A DNA stretch of 64,000 nucleotides from an uncultured Chloroflexia bacterium (lineage in GTDB: Bacteria; Chloroflexota; Anaerolineae; B4-G1; SLSP01): positions 78,111-142,110 of the forward strand of contig CAVVUS010000043.1 of assembly GCA_963751345.1 (NCBI GenBank), in the 5' to 3' direction. The notes beneath the pieces are model-generated. The model was not told the DNA's origin and did not search any database. It worked only from the letters and a program-made list of their open reading frames with translations. Within the stretch, counting starts at the first letter, position 1; each line of letters starts with the position of its first letter. Position numbers and translations under genes: made by a program. Of the stretch, positions 1 through 8,864 are shown one piece after another.

Positions 1-785
1 GCCTCGACCGTCACCGGCAACGGAGACCATCCCAGGGCTTTGCCCAGCGCAGCAACCGGTGGCACCAGGTCGATCCGGTCGAGCACGGCCGCCGGCGTTC
101 CCGCGATCACGGATTCCGCGCCTCCGGGCACGTAAACCATCCGGTCGGCGAACGCGAGCACCCGCTCCAGCCGGTGCTCTGCCAGCACGATGGTCAGCCC
201 CCTGGCGGCGTTAAGGCGTGCGAGCGCCTGCAGCACATCTTCCGCCGATTGGGGGTCGAGTTGCGAGGTGGGCTCATCCAGGACGAGGATTTGCGGCTGC
301 AGCGCCAATGCTGCAGCAATGGCCACACGCTGTTTCTCCCCTCCGGAGAGCGTCGCCAGAGGGCGCTCACGCAGAGGGAGCAGCCCCAGCAGGTTGAGAG
401 CGTCGGAGACCCGCTCCCGCATCTCCTGCCGGTCCATCGCGGCGTTTTCGAGTGCAAAGGCGATCTCGTCCTCGACCCGGTCCATCACGAACTGTGCCTC
501 GGGGTCCTGGAAGACAAACCCGACGTGGCGACACATAATCTGCGGCCCGTCCGTCACAGGATTCCGACCGGCCACCGAGAGATGTCCTGAGAAGGTTCCC
601 CCCGTGAAGTGTGGGACCAGTCCGTTCAAGCAGCGCAGCAAGGTGGATTTCCCGGCACCTGAAGGGCCGGCCACGACCGTGACGTCGCCCTCCCCAAAGG
701 ACAGTGTCACGTCGCTGAGCGCCGGGATCCCGGCCTCAGGGTATCGGAACGAGACACGTTCAAACGAGATGATCGGCGGCGCCAT
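1..785 (-). CDS. ECF transporter ATP-binding (A) component, truncated at window edge
   Basis: Manual translation from ATG at 785: [19 protein letters not shown]...GPSGAGKST (Walker A), [10 protein letters not shown] (Q-loop), LSGGEKQR (signature), [12 protein letters not shown] (Walker B). Not in the supplied ORF track. Confidence 0.9.
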   Translation of the reverse strand, partial: MAPPIISFERVSFRYPEAGIPALSDVTLSFGEGDVTVVAGPSGAGKSTLLRCLNGLVPHFTGGTFSGHLSVAGRNPVTDGPQIMCRHVGFVFQDPEAQFVMDRVEDEIAFALENAAMDRQEMRERVSDALNLLGLLPLRERPLATLSGGEKQRVAIAAALALQPQILVLDEPTSQLDPQSAEDVLQALARLNAARGLTIVLAEHRLERVLAFADRMVYVPGGAESVIAGTPAAVLDRIDLVPPVAALGKALGWSPLPVTVE

Positions 786-1894
786 TGGCTTGTGGTTGCA
801 CGAGCAGAGCAGGGACGAGTAGCCCGAGGAGGGCTATCCCCACGCGGATGTCAAACGCGGGCCAGGTGAGCAGGGGATAGGGTGTGTATTCGCGGGCATC
901 CGGCCATAGCAGAAAGGAGCTTGCCGCCAACAGGCTCCCGGCTGCGACCAAGCTGTCGCGCCACGTCCAGGAGCGCTGGCGATAGCGAGTGTAGTGCACA
1001 CCATGTCCGGATCGCCAGATGGCCAGAATCACCACGCCAACACCTGCCACGAGCATCAGAGATGACCATACAGCGCCGCCGGGCACAAGCCGGAGAACGC
1101 TGGCGGCGAGCACGCAGCTAAGGCCGACGGCCAACGCAATCTGGGCCTCATGATTCCGAAGAGCGACGAACACGGCCCGACCCCTGGAGCTCGTGGGCGA
1201 TAGCGCTTCTTCCCCGGAACCTGCGGAAGGTTCAGGTCGAGGATAACGACGATCCCACCACCGCCGGCGAGGTCGTCGCAAAGCCTCGTGCCGTCATCGC
1301 CTCGGCCAACTGTAGCGCTCGTTCGAGGCCACCGATCAGGACCGGCATAAAGAGAGGCAGCCAGTCTCGCAATCCGCGCATCCGGTGTCCGCGAACCGCC
1401 TGCGCCTCGCGAACCTGTTGGAACTGCCGCAACGTATTGGGCACAAAGGTCACCGCGATGGCGGAGACCACGGCGGCAGGGTAAAACGCGCGGGGAAGAT
1501 AACCGATGAGATCGCGCACCGGAACTGCGACACTCAGCACCGCAAAGGTAGCGTAGAGGGTGGCGAGCACCAGGCCATTGATCGCGCCATAGGCCAGCGC
1601 CTCGACCGTGATCGCCCCTCCCAGCAGCGGAATGGCTCCCGGCAGACGCAGCAACACGGTCTCGCCGAAGTGACTGGTGAGCCCATTGAGAAGCGCCCCG
1701 GCGGCTACGGCAAAGACCGCAAAACGTACAGGCGAGATCGGCAGGAATCCCACGCTCTGCAGTTCGGGAGATCGAGCCCCCTCCGCGACGACGTAAGCGA
1801 TGACAAAGACCACCACGAGATAGAGAGGGTCACGCGTCAGTAGTGAGGCTACCGCCGAGGCCGCCAGCCATACAAACCAAGCGACGGGATGCAT
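760..1894 (-). CDS. ECF transporter transmembrane (T, CbiQ/EcfT-like) component; one apparent frameshift near 1240-1280
   Basis: ORFs 1232..1894 and 760..1281 join into one hydrophobic protein with the EcfT motifs EAQAVRG and AEAMTARGF. Confidence 0.85.
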
Positions 1895-1915
1895 CAGGCC
1901 GTGACCTCTTGGGGC

Positions 1916-2809
1916 TCACATGCCTGCAGCGACGTCGCGACTCGACTCCTCGACACATCCGGCATCTCCCGAGTCGCTCCCCCTCACGTCGAAGGAGAAT
2001 CGGTGGGCAAAGCGGTAGAGCGTTCTCAGCGTAGGCCTACCAAAGAGCAGGAGCATGCCTACGGTGCCAATGACCCGCGCCAGATCCCACAGCAGCGACG
2101 TGGCGACGTAGAACGCCAGAAAGCGCCTCACACCATCAGCTATGCTGATGCCCACCTGCCAGTGCTGGTCGACCGGCCCCGAGGCAAAGGGCCAGAACCA
2201 GAGATTCATCAACGCGCCGAAGCCCAGACTCCAGACCCCGCCGTAGAACGCGAGAGACAGGATCTCCCACCGTGTGCCCTGTGCATGGAAGGCTCGGTTG
2301 AGATACCGGACCATAGGCGCCCCGAGGCCGATCCACCCGGCGACCAGCATCCGGTAGGGCAGCCACGGCCCAACCCCACCCGTGACCAGAGCGGAGACGA
2401 AGAGCGTGAGCGCGCCGAGGAGGTATCCGAAGCGAGCGCCATAGACGTACCCACCGAGGATGATCAAAAAGAAGATGGGGCTGAATCCGCCGGGGCCCGG
2501 CACCGCCGTCTCGATAAAACTCAGGACGGCGTTCAGCCCGACCAACACGCCCAGGAGCGCGATCCGCTTGGCATCGCTCCCGGATCCGCCTGTGGAAGAC
2601 GCATCGCCCTGCGCTTCCAGCGTGAGAGCCACCAACGCCATGCCCCCGAGCAGCGCCAGAAATAGAGGGGAGTCGGCGGCGTGAGCGAGGCCCCCCGCAC
2701 TGTCGAGTCGCTGCGCCTGAGGGAAAAAGGGGTACAGAAACGCCGCAATCCCGATGAGGGAAGCGAGGCCGTAGATCAGCCACCGCAGCATGCGCCGCAG
2801 ATCGGGCAT
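1916..2809 (-). CDS. ECF transporter substrate-specific (S) component, probably cobalamin (CbrT-like)
   Basis: Multi-TM protein with S-component-like segments (FSPIFFLIILGGYVYG, GGVGPWLPY); lies beside ECF T/A genes under a B12 riboswitch. Confidence 0.75.
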   Translation of the reverse strand: MPDLRRMLRWLIYGLASLIGIAAFLYPFFPQAQRLDSAGGLAHAADSPLFLALLGGMALVALTLEAQGDASSTGGSGSDAKRIALLGVLVGLNAVLSFIETAVPGPGGFSPIFFLIILGGYVYGARFGYLLGALTLFVSALVTGGVGPWLPYRMLVAGWIGLGAPMVRYLNRAFHAQGTRWEILSLAFYGGVWSLGFGALMNLWFWPFASGPVDQHWQVGISIADGVRRFLAFYVATSLLWDLARVIGTVGMLLLFGRPTLRTLYRFAHRFSFDVRGSDSGDAGCVEESSRDVAAGM

Positions 2810-2812
2810 CCT

Positions 2813-3721
2813 CTACTGCTCCTGGCGGCCTCCACGCCTCTGACGGCGCTGGAGGAGAAACGCCCCGCCGATCAGGGCGAGAATCGCCGCAAAGGCCGCG
2901 TAGGTTGAAGGACGTGTGCCTGTCGACGGTGATGCTCCTGCTGGCGTCGGGGTATTCGAGGCGGCAGGGGTCGGCGTAGCCGGGGGCTGTCCGGTAGCCG
3001 TTGGCCGGGGCGTAGCCGTGGCTGCCGGCGTAGAGGTAGCCGTCGGCGTTGACGATGGCTGGGCAGTCGCCTCCGCCACCTGCGGTGTGGTCGTCGCGGT
3101 CGCTGCCGGCTGTGTCGCCGTAGGCAGTGGCGTAGGCGTCGAAACCACGACCTCAGGCGTGATCGTAGCTGTCGGAGGTGGTGCAGGCTGCACTGTCGAT
3201 GCCGGGGCGGCACTACAAATCGCCTCAAAGCTCATCACCGGCGGCAAAATAGAGCCGTCTCCCCACACCCACCCGTCGACGTCACCGTTACCGAGCTGCC
3301 TTATGGCAGCCCCTATACCGGCGTAGGCCCAGGATCCATCCGCATTGCGGGCATAGTAGTTCCAATAGGCACAGGGCAAGCCCTTACACTGACACCAACA
3401 GTCGGAGGTTGGGCAGCCATCCCCATTGATGGAGCAGATCCTCGCTCCTACCGGCCCGGCGTCCGATGAAAACGAAAGGCCCGAGCGCTCTAGTAGCGCC
3501 AACCCCGATATCTGGGGGTCGCTAAAGCTTACACATCGTGTGACGACACGACCGTCACTCTGAACAATGACCAACCCGGCCTGATTCTCCCCTCCCTGGG
3601 CCAGGACCGGGGACCCCGTCAACAGGACGAACAGGAGAAGGGGCAGGGCGAACCGTACCCCTCTCCATAGCTGTCGAGGCCAAGCTTTCCGCTCTATGGC
3701 CGCAAGCTCGCGACTCACCAA
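2813..3721 (-). CDS. Secreted, membrane-anchored protein with a DUF4430/transcobalamin beta-domain-like region, Pro/Thr linker and C-terminal TM
   Basis: Signal peptide; ICSING...YWNYY...W.YAGIGA...GDVDGWVW pattern typical of DUF4430-like domains; P/T-rich stalk; hydrophobic tail ending in RRQRR. Confidence 0.6.
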   Translation of the reverse strand: MVSRELAAIERKAWPRQLWRGVRFALPLLLFVLLTGSPVLAQGGENQAGLVIVQSDGRVVTRCVSFSDPQISGLALLERSGLSFSSDAGPVGARICSINGDGCPTSDCWCQCKGLPCAYWNYYARNADGSWAYAGIGAAIRQLGNGDVDGWVWGDGSILPPVMSFEAICSAAPASTVQPAPPPTATITPEVVVSTPTPLPTATQPAATATTTPQVAEATAQPSSTPTATSTPAATATPRPTATGQPPATPTPAASNTPTPAGASPSTGTRPSTYAAFAAILALIGGAFLLQRRQRRGGRQEQ

Positions 3722-3737
3722 TCGCCTGAACCTTCCT

Positions 3738-4868
3738 TCACTTGCGGCGGAGCAGCGCGCTTACGCCCACCATCACGAGGATCGCAGCCATTAACACCCC
3801 GGTGCCGAAACTCACGTGCGCTCCGGAAGAGGGTAGAAGGGGGGAGACGCTTGAGGCCGGCTGAGCGGCGGTGGCCTGAACAGAACCTGAAGCTCCGACA
3901 ACCGGCAGATTGGCAAGGGTCATCCCTTCGGCGGCCTCAACGGCCTGCGCTGTCGCCAGCATGTTGGGAAAGGGCACCGAAGCCTGCCAGAAATAGCCCC
4001 CGCTGTTCTGATCCCAGAGGGCCAACAACGCGCCCAGGGGATCAGTACCGCCGGACAGCCAGTTGCCTAGCGGCTCATTCAGAGCCAGAAGCGCCTGGAG
4101 CACGACTGCCGTCGAATTAGCGTCGCTATCCGTGCCGTAAGGAGATGGGTTCTGGTACGGGAACCCACCATCGTCATTCTGCATCCGGTGAAGGTATGGC
4201 AGAGCACCTGCCGCGGCGTCGGCTCGTCCCACCGCGACGAGCGCCTGCATGACCAGCGCGGTCGTGTTGGTATCTGCCGTGCCGGGTGCGGTACCACCAA
4301 AGAGCGCCCACGCGCCGTCATCCGTAAACTGAGACGTCATAGCCGTGATGGCGTTCTGCGGCACGGTCGCTCCGGCATTGTGCAAACTGAGTACCGCGTA
4401 CGCATGCTTGAAGAGCGTGTCGCCGAACCACCCCGTGGTGGCATCCTGCGAGGACAACACGAGATTGACCAGATCCCGTCCACCGAAGGCACGCGGATCT
4501 TGGCCGGTCGCAACGGCGACCAACAGGGTCTTGCTGAGATTCCCGACATCGGTGACCTGCCCCGTAGCGATCTGGGAAGCCAAGTAGTCCAGGGGGGATT
4601 GTCCCGTGCCGGTCACCCATGTCCCGACATCCTCACCACCCGCAACAGCAGCAAGCACGATCTCGGTGGTGGTACCAAAATCCGAACCGGCGGCAAAGCC
4701 CGACGAGAAACCCCCATCGGGCTCCTGGGCCTGCCGCAGCCAGGCCAGCGCGGCCTCGTTCTGCGCATACAGGGCAGCTCCAGGGGATACATTATCCGCT
4801 GCCATCACGGGGAACGTCAGGGACATCGCGAGCAGCGCCAAGAACGACAGAGTGAAAAGCTTCTTCAT
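3738..4868 (-). CDS. Prenyltransferase/squalene-oxidase-repeat (alpha/alpha barrel) surface protein with LPxSG-TM-basic tail
   Basis: Start MKKLFTLSFL at 4868 after a GGAGG RBS; repeats WLRQAQEPDGGF, MQNDDGGF, DTNTTALVMQAL, DANSTAVVLQAL; ends LPSSG...LLRRK. Confidence 0.8.
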   Translation of the reverse strand: MKKLFTLSFLALLAMSLTFPVMAADNVSPGAALYAQNEAALAWLRQAQEPDGGFSSGFAAGSDFGTTTEIVLAAVAGGEDVGTWVTGTGQSPLDYLASQIATGQVTDVGNLSKTLLVAVATGQDPRAFGGRDLVNLVLSSQDATTGWFGDTLFKHAYAVLSLHNAGATVPQNAITAMTSQFTDDGAWALFGGTAPGTADTNTTALVMQALVAVGRADAAAGALPYLHRMQNDDGGFPYQNPSPYGTDSDANSTAVVLQALLALNEPLGNWLSGGTDPLGALLALWDQNSGGYFWQASVPFPNMLATAQAVEAAEGMTLANLPVVGASGSVQATAAQPASSVSPLLPSSGAHVSFGTGVLMAAILVMVGVSALLRRK

Positions 4869-4917
4869 GTGTGAAGTCCTCCGAACTGAGATAGAACCCA
4901 GCCTACGCCAAGACAAC

Positions 4918-4948
4918 AAAAAACCTTCCCCCCAGGAAGAGGGAAGGT
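4918..4948 (-). terminator. Intrinsic terminator (riboswitch expression platform)
   Basis: Minus strand: ACCTTCCC-loop-GGGAAGGT followed by a T run, between the aptamer and the first start codon. Confidence 0.75.
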
Positions 4949-5004
4949 CCACCGACAAAACCTCTGTCGTGTGCCACCTCCTTTCCGCGAAGGGCAGCCA
5001 GCAC

Positions 5005-5125
5005 AGGTCGAGGCGGAGTATCGGGCTTCTCTTTTGTAAAGAGATCACCGTTGCGGGACAGCGCCGGATTCTCACCGGACTTCCTCACTTCAAGCATCTG
5101 CCCTGGACACGGAATCCGTGATCCC
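5005..5125 (-). ncRNA. Cobalamin (B12) riboswitch
   Basis: Minus strand AGGAAGTCCGGTGAGAATCCGGCGCTGTCCCGCAACGGTGA...AAGCCCGATACTCCGCC matches the cobalamin riboswitch core and B12 box; boundaries approximate. Confidence 0.9.
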
Positions 5126-5178
5126 TGGGCAGACACACCCCAACCGTTACGCTATTTGCTTGTCAACTTGACGTTGTC

Positions 5179-5206
5179 AGTATAACACGTGAGCAATGGA
5201 AATCAA
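5179..5206 (-). promoter_or_regulatory. Putative sigma70 promoter for the B12 operon
   Basis: Minus strand TTGATT-16 nt-TATACT with an extended -10 TG, just upstream of the riboswitch. Confidence 0.45.
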
Positions 5207-5282
5207 GCACGGGTGCATCGACACTGGACCCCACGCACGACACCATTAAGATGATGGGACAAATCCGAACACAGGAGGCTGC

Positions 5283-6344
5283 ATGCGTGCGAAAGTAACG
5301 ATGATTACCGGCGCGGCCGGTGAAGTGGGGCAGGCGCTGATCCAACGCCTGTCAGACCGGTATGCCGACGAGGAACGCCGGAATGGCCGGAGCGGTATCC
5401 AGAGCGACCAACGGCGAATCCTCTCCATGGATCTGAATCCGCTGCCGTCCGATCTGGCTTCAAAGGTCTACCACGTCCAGGGCAGCATTCTTGATACCGG
5501 CTTGCTGGACCGGCTCGTCAGTGAATACGAGATCGAGGAGATCTATCACCTGGCAGCTCTGTTGTCCACACGGGCCGAGTTCTCACCGGATGCGGCCCAT
5601 CGCGTGAACGTAGGTGGCACATTAGGGCTGCTGCACCTTGCCGCACAGCAGTCTGAGTGGCGGGGAGAGCCGGTGCGGTTCCTCTTCCCGAGCTCCATTG
5701 CCGTCTTCGGATTGCCCGATCGCCAGACAAAGCAGACCTATGCTCGTGTTCGCGAGTGGGAATGGAATTACCCAACCACAATGTATGGGTGTAACAAGCT
5801 CTACTGTGAGATGTTGGGCATCTACTTCAGCCGCTACTACCGTCAGCTTGCAGCGGACCGGCCGACCAGTCTTGACTTCCGCTGCGTTCGATTCCCCGGA
5901 CTGATCAGTGCTTTTACCATACCCAGTGGCGGCACCAGCGATTATGGCCCCGAGATGCTGCACGCTGCGGCGCAGCACAAACCTTATGCCTGTTTCGTAC
6001 GTGAGGACGTGCGCATTCCGTTTATGGCAATGCCCGACGCCGTCAAGGCTCTGGTCGATCTCGCAAAAGCACCCCGGGAGGCGTTGAGCCGTCCGGTCTA
6101 CAACGTCACCAGTTTCAGCCTCTCAGCGGGAGAGTTCCGTGACCGGGTCCTGGGCACCATGCCCGACGCGGATATCACGTACGAGCCCGACTTCAAACGG
6201 GAGCGGATCGTGGATAGCTGGCCTGCCGATCTGGATGACAGCGCGGCGCGACGTGATTGGGGCTGGCAGCCTGACTATGACGCGGACAGGGCCTTCTCTG
6301 AGTATCTTGTCCCCAATATCCGGCAGCAGTATCGCCGGGAATAG
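5283..6344 (+). CDS. NAD-dependent epimerase/dehydratase, SDR L-threonine 3-dehydrogenase-like
   Basis: TGAAGEVG Rossmann motif, YGCNK (YxxxK), and GGTSDY resembling SDR-type threonine dehydrogenases. Confidence 0.8.
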   Translation: MRAKVTMITGAAGEVGQALIQRLSDRYADEERRNGRSGIQSDQRRILSMDLNPLPSDLASKVYHVQGSILDTGLLDRLVSEYEIEEIYHLAALLSTRAEFSPDAAHRVNVGGTLGLLHLAAQQSEWRGEPVRFLFPSSIAVFGLPDRQTKQTYARVREWEWNYPTTMYGCNKLYCEMLGIYFSRYYRQLAADRPTSLDFRCVRFPGLISAFTIPSGGTSDYGPEMLHAAAQHKPYACFVREDVRIPFMAMPDAVKALVDLAKAPREALSRPVYNVTSFSLSAGEFRDRVLGTMPDADITYEPDFKRERIVDSWPADLDDSAARRDWGWQPDYDADRAFSEYLVPNIRQQYRRE

Positions 6345-6365
6345 GCGCAAAACGGAAAGCCGAAG

Positions 6366-6995
6366 CTAGAAGAGGGAGAGTTGCTCGACATCCGGAGGCG
6401 GCGTGTACGTCTCCGGTTCGAGCTTCCCATCAAGCAGATCCCGCAACAGGGAGAAATCCGCCTCTACGACGCTGCGCAGGCTGGGCTGGTGGAGTGCCGC
6501 TGCCGGGTGATACATCGGGAAGTAGACTTGGTTCGTCGCACTCTCCGAGCCCGCCACAATGCGTGCCTGCCCATGCACCTGGGAGATTTTCTCATCGGGG
6601 AATGCGCGCGCCATAGAATGCCGCCCCAGCGTCACGATTACCTTTGGGCTGATGATCTCGATCTGCCGATCCAGATAGTGCTTGCAGGCCTCGACTTCCT
6701 CAACCTGAGGATCACGATTGCCCGGAGGCCGGCACTTGATCACGTTGGTGATGAATACCCGCTTCCGATCGATCTCGGACTTTTCCAGCAAATCGTTAAG
6801 GAATCGGCCGGCAGCACCTACGAACGGAATCCCCTGCTGGTCTTCGTGAAAGCCCGGGGCCTCCCCAATGAACATGATCAGCGCATCCACCGGGCCATCA
6901 CCGGGTACGGCATGCGTCCGGCCAATATGCAGCGGGCACTGCGTGCAAGAACGTATCTGTGTATGAAGTGCCTGCAACTCTTTCTCTCGATCCAT
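6366..6995 (-). CDS. Uracil-DNA glycosylase family 4 (4Fe-4S)
   Basis: CTQCPL, GEAPG..ED..G.PFVG, NVIKCRPPGNRDP, HPAAAL. Confidence 0.93.
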   Translation of the reverse strand: MDREKELQALHTQIRSCTQCPLHIGRTHAVPGDGPVDALIMFIGEAPGFHEDQQGIPFVGAAGRFLNDLLEKSEIDRKRVFITNVIKCRPPGNRDPQVEEVEACKHYLDRQIEIISPKVIVTLGRHSMARAFPDEKISQVHGQARIVAGSESATNQVYFPMYHPAAALHQPSLRSVVEADFSLLRDLLDGKLEPETYTPPPDVEQLSLF

Positions 6996-7000
6996 CCTAC

Positions 7001-7630
7001 CTACTCCTTCCCACCCCGACCATCGCGATCTATCCACTGAATCCCCAGCTCGCTCAACAACAATGAGAGTTGCTCCTGCACGCGGCTCCTATAGCCGGCA
7101 TCACCTGCGACTTCGACCTGCATGAGATACGCATCCTCACCATTGGCGTAATATCGTCGTAGATGGGAGTGCTGCAGAAACTGCCACTTTGTATAGAGTC
7201 TTTGCGCCACTTCGTTGGAGACGCGAACTTCCAGCCCGATGATATGAGCACCGTCACGAATTGCTTGATCCACGGCAACCAGCAGAAGGAGTTCCCCCAG
7301 TCTCTGGCCCCGCCATCCGGCATGCACCGCCAGCGTGCTAATGTGGCCCCGAGTTCCCTCGACCCTCATCCCCACAAACCCCACCAAGCGTGCGACGTGC
7401 CTTCGGCGATGCGTGGTCCACGTCTTGGCTTGCAGCGGGTCGGGCTGCTCCAAGACGAAATAATGAGCCGAGGGATTGAAGTAGATCTCCTGGACGTAAG
7501 CGGACTCAGGCCAAGAATCTTGAAAGACCTGGCGATCCAGCGACACGACTGAGGGGATGTCTCGCCCCTCCATAGACCGAATGCGGAGACCCTCCACTCG
7601 GGGCCGGCAAGTGTCTTCCACTTCGCTCAT
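7001..7630 (-). CDS. rimI: Ribosomal protein S18 alanine N-acetyltransferase
   Basis: GNAT motifs HISTLAVH..RGQRLG, LEVRVSN..AQRLY, YY.NGEDA; downstream of tsaB. Confidence 0.85.
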   Translation of the reverse strand: MSEVEDTCRPRVEGLRIRSMEGRDIPSVVSLDRQVFQDSWPESAYVQEIYFNPSAHYFVLEQPDPLQAKTWTTHRRRHVARLVGFVGMRVEGTRGHISTLAVHAGWRGQRLGELLLLVAVDQAIRDGAHIIGLEVRVSNEVAQRLYTKWQFLQHSHLRRYYANGEDAYLMQVEVAGDAGYRSRVQEQLSLLLSELGIQWIDRDGRGGKE

Positions 7631-8277
7631 CGAGCATAAAGTGGCAGCAGCGCAGAGGGGGCATCGACCTGATTTGCTCGAAGGCGCCGCCAGGCGATAT
7701 CGGCAAGGTAGCCCGCCCGGCGCAGATGAAGAGCCGGCGGAGGTATCTCAACCCGACCATACAGGGGGCGCAGCGCTTCGCGGCCCGTAGCCCCAATCTC
7801 GCCGACCACGGTGCACGGGAGTTCTAACCTGGCAGCGAATTGCTGCCAGGTGCCTACCTGCACACCGGTCTCGGGGCGCCAGGATTCATCCTGCCACCGG
7901 TAACGTGCGTAACCGACGCGTTTTCGACCCGCGGCAAACGTCGGGTAGAGTGGACGCTCGTCACCGGGCTGCGCGAGCGCCAGGATATCCAGCGTCGTGA
8001 CACCCACAAGCGGCAACTTCCGCGCCGAGGCCAGCCCCTTTGCGACGGACACACCGATCCGGACACCGGTGAAAGATCCCGGCCCGATGCAGACACCCAC
8101 CGCCGTAATGTCCGCCGGTGTGATGCCGGAGGACGCCAGAAGCTGGACGACGCGTGGAAGGAGCGTGACCGTATGGCGATTCGCTGATTCCCACGTGCAT
8201 TCCGCGCGAAGGGCTGTACCATCGTGCAGCGCAATGCTCGCACGCTGGGTTGCAGTGTCAATAGCAAGTAGCATCAC
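7627..8277 (-). CDS. tsaB: tRNA t6A biosynthesis protein TsaB
   Basis: LLAIDTAT, GPGSFTGVRIG. Confidence 0.93.
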   Translation of the reverse strand: MMLLAIDTATQRASIALHDGTALRAECTWESANRHTVTLLPRVVQLLASSGITPADITAVGVCIGPGSFTGVRIGVSVAKGLASARKLPLVGVTTLDILALAQPGDERPLYPTFAAGRKRVGYARYRWQDESWRPETGVQVGTWQQFAARLELPCTVVGEIGATGREALRPLYGRVEIPPPALHLRRAGYLADIAWRRLRANQVDAPSALLPLYAR

Positions 8278-8777
8278 AGACCTAAGATCTCCTGTCGAAA
8301 CTCTTCTAAGATCGCTTGATGATGCTCTCCCTGTGCCTGAAAGACCAAGGATCGGCGGTACTCATCAAGCATGCGAAGATGGATCCATAGCCGCTCGCCA
8401 GGAAAAAGCCCCGCATGGCGTTCGGGCCACTCGACGAGACAGACCGTATCTATGTTGCCGATGATCTCGTCGAGCCCCAGCATGTCGATCTCGGCCATTG
8501 AGTTCAGCCGGTAGAGGTCAATATGATAGAGGACAAGCGGATCCTGATGGCGGCGATGGCGGCGTATCAAGACGTAGGTTGGGCTCACCAGCCGGCTTGT
8601 GGACCCCCAGCCCATCCCCACCCCTTGGGCAAGGACCGTTTTCCCTGCCCCTAGGTCTCCCTCCAACGCCACGATATCACCGCCGTTAAGGTGCCGTCCA
8701 AGGCGAGCGCCAAGGCGCAGGGTCTGTTCGGGGCTGCGACTGATGAACTCAAGTGTATCTTTGGTCAGGATTGGCAT
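8274..8777 (-). CDS. tsaE: tRNA t6A ATPase TsaE
   Basis: GDLGAGKT, SPTY, HIDLYRL, VEWPE. Confidence 0.95.
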   Translation of the reverse strand: MPILTKDTLEFISRSPEQTLRLGARLGRHLNGGDIVALEGDLGAGKTVLAQGVGMGWGSTSRLVSPTYVLIRRHRRHQDPLVLYHIDLYRLNSMAEIDMLGLDEIIGNIDTVCLVEWPERHAGLFPGERLWIHLRMLDEYRRSLVFQAQGEHHQAILEEFRQEILGL

Positions 8778-8864
8778 GGGTTATCCGCGAGCGCTCTCGA
8801 TGGCACACGTTGTCGCCATTATACACCAAGCAAGCAGACTTCCCACGCTACCCGCTCTCCACCG

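Noticed and set aside
4869-5075. N-terminal extension of the 445-aa ORF 3738..5075
   Set aside because: It runs through the riboswitch and terminator. The RBS and signal peptide place the start at 4868.
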